IMG/VR virus record: IMGVR_UViG_3300028831_000428
Coordinates: 1-43,253 of that record
Origin: a virus
DNA: 43,253 bases
Direction: 5' to 3' (one strand)
The notes under the pieces were generated by a model. It made no database searches. It saw only the letters and a list, made by a program, of their open reading frames with translations, and was not told where the DNA came from. The position numbers were made by a program, and so were the translations under genes. Shown one piece after another: positions 39,602 to 43,253 of this stretch (within the stretch, counting starts at the first letter, position 1; each line of letters opens with the position of its first letter).

Positions 39602-39649
39602 TATAATATAGGCAAGCGGCCTTCCCCGGATAATTCTGGGGATATTTTT
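39602..39649 (+). promoter_or_regulatory. Late promoter plus leader hairpin module, copy F
   Basis: TATAAT (39602-07), then 6 nt, then AAGCGGCC. Stem TCCCC (39623-27) / GGGGA (39638-42), then TATTTTT and ATG at 39650. Confidence 0.5.
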
Positions 39650-40312
39650 ATGGCAATTTCTAAAAACTTGGGTGATCGAGAGTTCAAGAAATTCTTGGAG
39701 TCGACTGGTACGTCTGGTCAGGTAGGTATTGTGGTCATCAACCCTGATGGCAGTAATGTCGGCGCCTCGATCAGCACCGTCGGTTCAATCACCACCTCTG
39801 TAACCCCAGGTACGGGAGCATCTAATCTGGGTAAGGCCGAGGATGCGGCACATGTCTCTGGTGATGTGGGCGTAATGGCCTTGACAGTGCGCTCTGATAC
39901 AGCCGCTGCAACCGCGGGTACGACTGGTGATTACCAGCCGCAGATTACTGATAATCTCGGCTTGACATGGATGCGTGAATACTACGCACCAGTAGCTGAG
40001 GATAACATAGTCGGAGTATATAAGGTTGAACAGCGTTTTAGCTATCTCAATATCGTCGCAGGCCAGGCAACGACCACTGTCAAATCGGGGGCAGGGTTCT
40101 TGCATTCGATTACTCTCAATTCGGCAGCGACAGCGACCAATGTAACAACAGTCTACGACAGCACCACTGGCTCAGGTACGGTTATTGCTATCCCAGCCGC
40201 GACTACTGCCACGGTTCCCACTACTCTGACCTACGATGTTTCATTTGCCACCGGCCTCACGATTGTTACCGCCACAGCCAACGGCTCTAACATGACCGTG
40301 TCTTATAGGTAG
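39650..40312 (+). CDS. Virion/tail structural protein
   Basis: 220 aa, Thr/Ala/Gly-rich and beta-type. Confidence 0.6.
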   Translation: MAISKNLGDREFKKFLESTGTSGQVGIVVINPDGSNVGASISTVGSITTSVTPGTGASNLGKAEDAAHVSGDVGVMALTVRSDTAAATAGTTGDYQPQITDNLGLTWMREYYAPVAEDNIVGVYKVEQRFSYLNIVAGQATTTVKSGAGFLHSITLNSAATATNVTTVYDSTTGSGTVIAIPAATTATVPTTLTYDVSFATGLTIVTATANGSNMTVSYR

Positions 40313-40315
40313 ATC

Positions 40316-40963
40316 ATGGCGCGAGTTGCAGCAAGCGGCAGGGTAGTAAGTACCCGTACTAATAGCCTTTTATACAACGGCGGTTTTGAGGTGGCGCCTA
40401 GTTTTACAGCCGCCACTAATACTGCTCTACGATGGATAGACGGCACAGCTGGCGGTTCGTCAGCAGCTCGTGGATTGGGGTGGGCTATACCGTCAGGGGG
40501 CATAACTGCTTCTGCGAATACACAGTTCGACACCAGCTTTAGCCGTAGTGGCACCACCTCTATGAAGCTAAGCACCCTCAACTCGAGTGGTGCTATTAGT
40601 GTAGGCTCGTTTAAGAATGTTGCGGCTGCTGAGCTCTTTATATTGGCGCCCAATACCTCTTATACCTTGGTCGGATATATACGCACTAACAATGTGGTCA
40701 CCAACGGAACGTTTATAGATGCACGAGAATATAGCGCAAGCGCCTCGACGCTCGTGACTAACTCAAGCACCAAACTATCAGGAACGGATACTAGCTTTCG
40801 CCAGGTAACTGTTACTTTCACCACGAATGCTTCGACACGTTTTGGTGGTATTCTCCTTAGGCTAAATGTAACTGGAAATACTGCCGACGCTTGGTTTGAC
40901 GATGTTACCTTGATGCCTGCCAGTATCGGACGTGTGCAGGCGAGCGGAAGGTTAGCGGCATGA
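40316..40963 (+). CDS. Carbohydrate-binding-module-like (jelly-roll) protein
   Basis: Pattern NGGFE...W...; ends with TADAWFDDVTL, typical of CBM4/9-like folds (from memory). Confidence 0.45.
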   Translation: MARVAASGRVVSTRTNSLLYNGGFEVAPSFTAATNTALRWIDGTAGGSSAARGLGWAIPSGGITASANTQFDTSFSRSGTTSMKLSTLNSSGAISVGSFKNVAAAELFILAPNTSYTLVGYIRTNNVVTNGTFIDAREYSASASTLVTNSSTKLSGTDTSFRQVTVTFTTNASTRFGGILLRLNVTGNTADAWFDDVTLMPASIGRVQASGRLAA

Positions 40964-42723
40964 GTCTTTTAATTGAACAATATATACCAGTCGTAAAGCA
41001 AGTTGGTCTGAATACCAACAAGGATGCTGTATTCGGTGGCAACGTCACATTGAATGGACATATTACCGCACCTAATCTTGCAAAAACCGCCATAGTCGTG
41101 GCCTCCACAAATGCCGATTATATAACTACGGGTGTCAATGATGAAGTAAAGATCAATCAGGCCATTAATGCTGCGATCGCCTCAGGGATAAACCACGTTG
41201 TGCTTGGTCCACAATCGTTCAATGTTGATAGCGGTCCGATTCAGGTAAAGAGCGGCGTTTGGCTACAAGGACAAGGTATTGCAAAGACTATCCTAAAGGG
41301 CGGTGCCGGATTGGGCACAAACGCGGTTATTAATTATGCCGGCGCTGATTCATCGCACCCAATTATGGATTGTCATATATCGGATTTGGAGATTGATGGC
41401 TCGAGCATGCCCACTAGTCCTGTCTCGACCTTCCGCAAAGGTATTAATATTATTTACTCGAAGCGGTTGCGGCTGGAGAATCTGTATGTCCACAACACCC
41501 CTGCTACCGGCATTGGTCCTGATTATGTTGTAGACGGTCTGGTTAGTAACTGTGTGGTTGAATCATGTGGGACAGCCGGGCAGAATCCAGGCTATAACGG
41601 GTTTGGGTTTGGAGTTGGGGCATATGCTGACGAGAATGTTTTGGTCGCTAATTGTCACGCTATTAACAATCTAAATAATGGTTTCTTGCTTGAATATGTA
41701 GCGGGCGGTTTTAATCCCCGTCACTATGCCTATGTTAACTGTTTTTCCCACGGAAACAATCGTGGTTTTAGATCGTCTGGGGCCTCAAATGTATCCTACA
41801 CGAACTGTCATGCCTATGAGAATACGTTGAACGGGTTCTATATGCAGCTATTCGGTGCCGCGAACTCGATCCCTGAGAACGTAAAGATTATCGGGTGCGA
41901 GGCCTATGCCAATGGGGCCGACGGCATTGAGTTCCGCGAGCAAGAGGAAGGCATGATCAATGCGATCGTGCAAGGCTGCCATGTATATGGGAATACCACA
42001 CTAGGTATCCATATGGGATGCAACTTTGCGAGTGTGATGAATAACGTTTGTTGGAACAATGGGCAGACGGGTATCTACTACAACGGTAACTCAAATGTTG
42101 CCCGTACAGTTGTGCAGATAAAGAATAACATTGTCTATAACAACGGGACTTCTAGTACAGCATCTTTGAACGACGGTATACGAGTGCGAGCGACATCTGG
42201 TACCGTGTCGGATGTGCAAATCATGGGTAATCGATGCTTTGATAACCAAAATACGCCGACACAGAACTATGGCGTTGCACTTAAGGACGCGCTACTTGAA
42301 GTGCTGGTGAAAGACAATGACTTGCGTGGCAACAAGACCGACGCCATCTTGCTGTCGCTGACCGGTGCCCAGACAAATATTGTTACCAAGAATAACAAGG
42401 GGTGGAACCCCGAGCAGATATACGCCCAAGGAAATGTGACTGGGGCGACAACCTTCAACAGATTAAATGGGGATTATATTACCGCAACATTGACGGGCAA
42501 CATTACAACAACAATCACAAATGGCAAGAATGCTGGCGACGTACTTACGCTTGAATTAACTCAGGATGGCACCGGCAGTCGCACAATTAGCAAACCCGCT
42601 AATGTGAAGTTGGTCGGAGGCGCCTTCTCGCCATCAGCCGGTGCTGGGGCAACTGATGTGTGGCAGCTTAGGTGGGACGGGACGAACTGGGCTGAGGTGT
42701 GTAGGTCTTTGAACATTAGCTAG
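40960..42723 (+). CDS. Tailspike / depolymerase with a right-handed parallel beta-helix
   Basis: Periodic coils NNGFLLEY, GNNRGFRS, NTLNGFYM, ANGADGIEF, GNTTLGIHM, NNGQTGIYY, NDGIRVRA. Confidence 0.75.
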   Translation: MSLLIEQYIPVVKQVGLNTNKDAVFGGNVTLNGHITAPNLAKTAIVVASTNADYITTGVNDEVKINQAINAAIASGINHVVLGPQSFNVDSGPIQVKSGVWLQGQGIAKTILKGGAGLGTNAVINYAGADSSHPIMDCHISDLEIDGSSMPTSPVSTFRKGINIIYSKRLRLENLYVHNTPATGIGPDYVVDGLVSNCVVESCGTAGQNPGYNGFGFGVGAYADENVLVANCHAINNLNNGFLLEYVAGGFNPRHYAYVNCFSHGNNRGFRSSGASNVSYTNCHAYENTLNGFYMQLFGAANSIPENVKIIGCEAYANGADGIEFREQEEGMINAIVQGCHVYGNTTLGIHMGCNFASVMNNVCWNNGQTGIYYNGNSNVARTVVQIKNNIVYNNGTSSTASLNDGIRVRATSGTVSDVQIMGNRCFDNQNTPTQNYGVALKDALLEVLVKDNDLRGNKTDAILLSLTGAQTNIVTKNNKGWNPEQIYAQGNVTGATTFNRLNGDYITATLTGNITTTITNGKNAGDVLTLELTQDGTGSRTISKPANVKLVGGAFSPSAGAGATDVWQLRWDGTNWAEVCRSLNIS

Positions 42724-42736
42724 GTAGACATATTTT

Positions 42737-42785
42737 TGGTATAATAAACCCAACAGCGGAATTCCCCTATTACAGGGGAATTTTT
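42737..42785 (+). promoter_or_regulatory. Late promoter plus leader hairpin module, copy G
   Basis: TGGTATAAT (-10 at 42740-45), then 6 nt, then AACAGCGG (42752-59). Stem AATTCCCC (42760-67) / GGGGAATT (42775-82), then TTT and ATG at 42787. Confidence 0.6.
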
Positions 42786-42786
42786 G

Positions 42787-42981
42787 ATGTCTACAAATGT
42801 GCCGGTTACAGTATGGCAGCCAAATAATGGCGACGGGGAGTTATCGAACTCAACGCCATACAGTATTGTCGATCCGTCGGGCAACCAATTAGTGGATACA
42901 GTCGCCAATGTGATTATCGATACTGGTGTATTGTTCACTGGCAAGCCTACCACGGTATGGAGCGAAGACGATGGCCGATAA
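42787..42981 (+). CDS. Small protein preceding the tail fibre
   Basis: 64 aa. ATG 42787; the track uses the TTG 3 nt upstream. Its stop overlaps the fibre ATG. Confidence 0.6.
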   Translation: MSTNVPVTVWQPNNGDGELSNSTPYSIVDPSGNQLVDTVANVIIDTGVLFTGKPTTVWSEDDGR

Positions 42982-43253
42982 AGTAATCGGTGATTACACC
43001 GCCGCGGTCAGTATTGACGGGTCGACTCATTATTTGCTCATTCAACCTGGCGGGAGCTCGACAGCTTATAACAGAATCAATCGTAATGTATTTTTGGGTA
43101 TTGCAGGATCACCGGTTGGTACCTCGGATTCACAGGTTATCATGAATAAGACAATTGGTAATACCAATACATTCACCTCCAAGGATAGCTTATTCACTTT
43201 GCAGGATGACAGCGACACGACAAAACAGGCTCAGTTTCAACTGTCAGGTATTA
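42971..43253 (+). CDS. Tail fibre protein, N-terminal part (continues at base 1/30 across the junction)
   Basis: ATG 42971 is open to the window end and in frame with 30-860. MADKVIGDYTAAVSIDGSTHYLLIQ is a common fibre N-terminus. Confidence 0.7.
   Translation, partial: MADKVIGDYTAAVSIDGSTHYLLIQPGGSSTAYNRINRNVFLGIAGSPVGTSDSQVIMNKTIGNTNTFTSKDSLFTLQDDSDTTKQAQFQLSGI
43113..43253. repeat. Terminal redundancy, identical to 1-141
   Basis: Read directly. Confidence 0.95.

Noticed and set aside
1-43253. Diversity-generating retroelement, retron, toxin-antitoxin pair, or a known defence/anti-defence cassette
   Set aside because: No reverse-transcriptase-sized ORF or template/variable repeat pair was seen. 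None of the small proteins carries a motif I can assign to such systems. This absence rests on reading only.
43142-43253. A second copy of the fibre-gene 5' region (gene duplication)
   Set aside because: It is part of the exact 141-bp end overlap of the record, not an independent locus.

Overview
The window is one complete tailed dsDNA phage genome. It is closed on itself: bases 1-141 are repeated exactly at 43113-43253, giving a unit of about 43,112 bp. An integrase and an attP-like site indicate a temperate phage. Almost all genes are on the + strand.

Gene order:
- A tail-fibre gene crosses the junction (42971 -> 860).
- Virion and tail genes run from 860 to 8134.
- A minus-strand island (8131-11393) carries a full-length GroEL and a GroES/gp31-like gene.
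- A membrane-protein/lysis cassette with an M23 peptidase spans 11.6-14.4 kb.
- A wHTH gene and an HNH gene come next, then an ori-like DnaA-box/AT-rich region (15.2-15.5 kb).
- A tyrosine integrase (15543-16427) is followed by a tRNA-Gly(GCC) 3'-half-like attP candidate.
- Early genes span 17.6-26.6 kb and include an ERF annealase, an HNH nuclease, an RNA ligase, a YopX protein and many unknowns.
- TerS and a GpA-like TerL follow, then 12 small genes including an HNH.
- The window ends with portal, scaffold, major capsid, and tail/receptor-binding genes (CBM-like protein, beta-helix tailspike).

The most unusual signals are non-coding:
1. A promoter plus leader-hairpin module sits at fixed spacing in front of six late/structural operons. 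The hairpin sequesters the only SD-like sequence and looks like a promoter-proximal terminator.
2. A 30-nt promoter/operator block (GTTCTATTTTTGTTCT...TGCTA) recurs in both orientations, including in front of the chaperonin operon.
3. A strong promoter reads into the attP/tRNA-like region, where a 12-bp long-range helix competes with an intrinsic terminator.
4. A perfect 9-bp x 30 tandem array inside an early gene varies at one nucleotide only.
5. Two genes seem to start at ATA/ATT codons behind good SD sites.

No CRISPR array, rRNA, complete tRNA, transposase or reverse transcriptase was seen. All functional calls come from motifs I could read or recall; none is database-verified.
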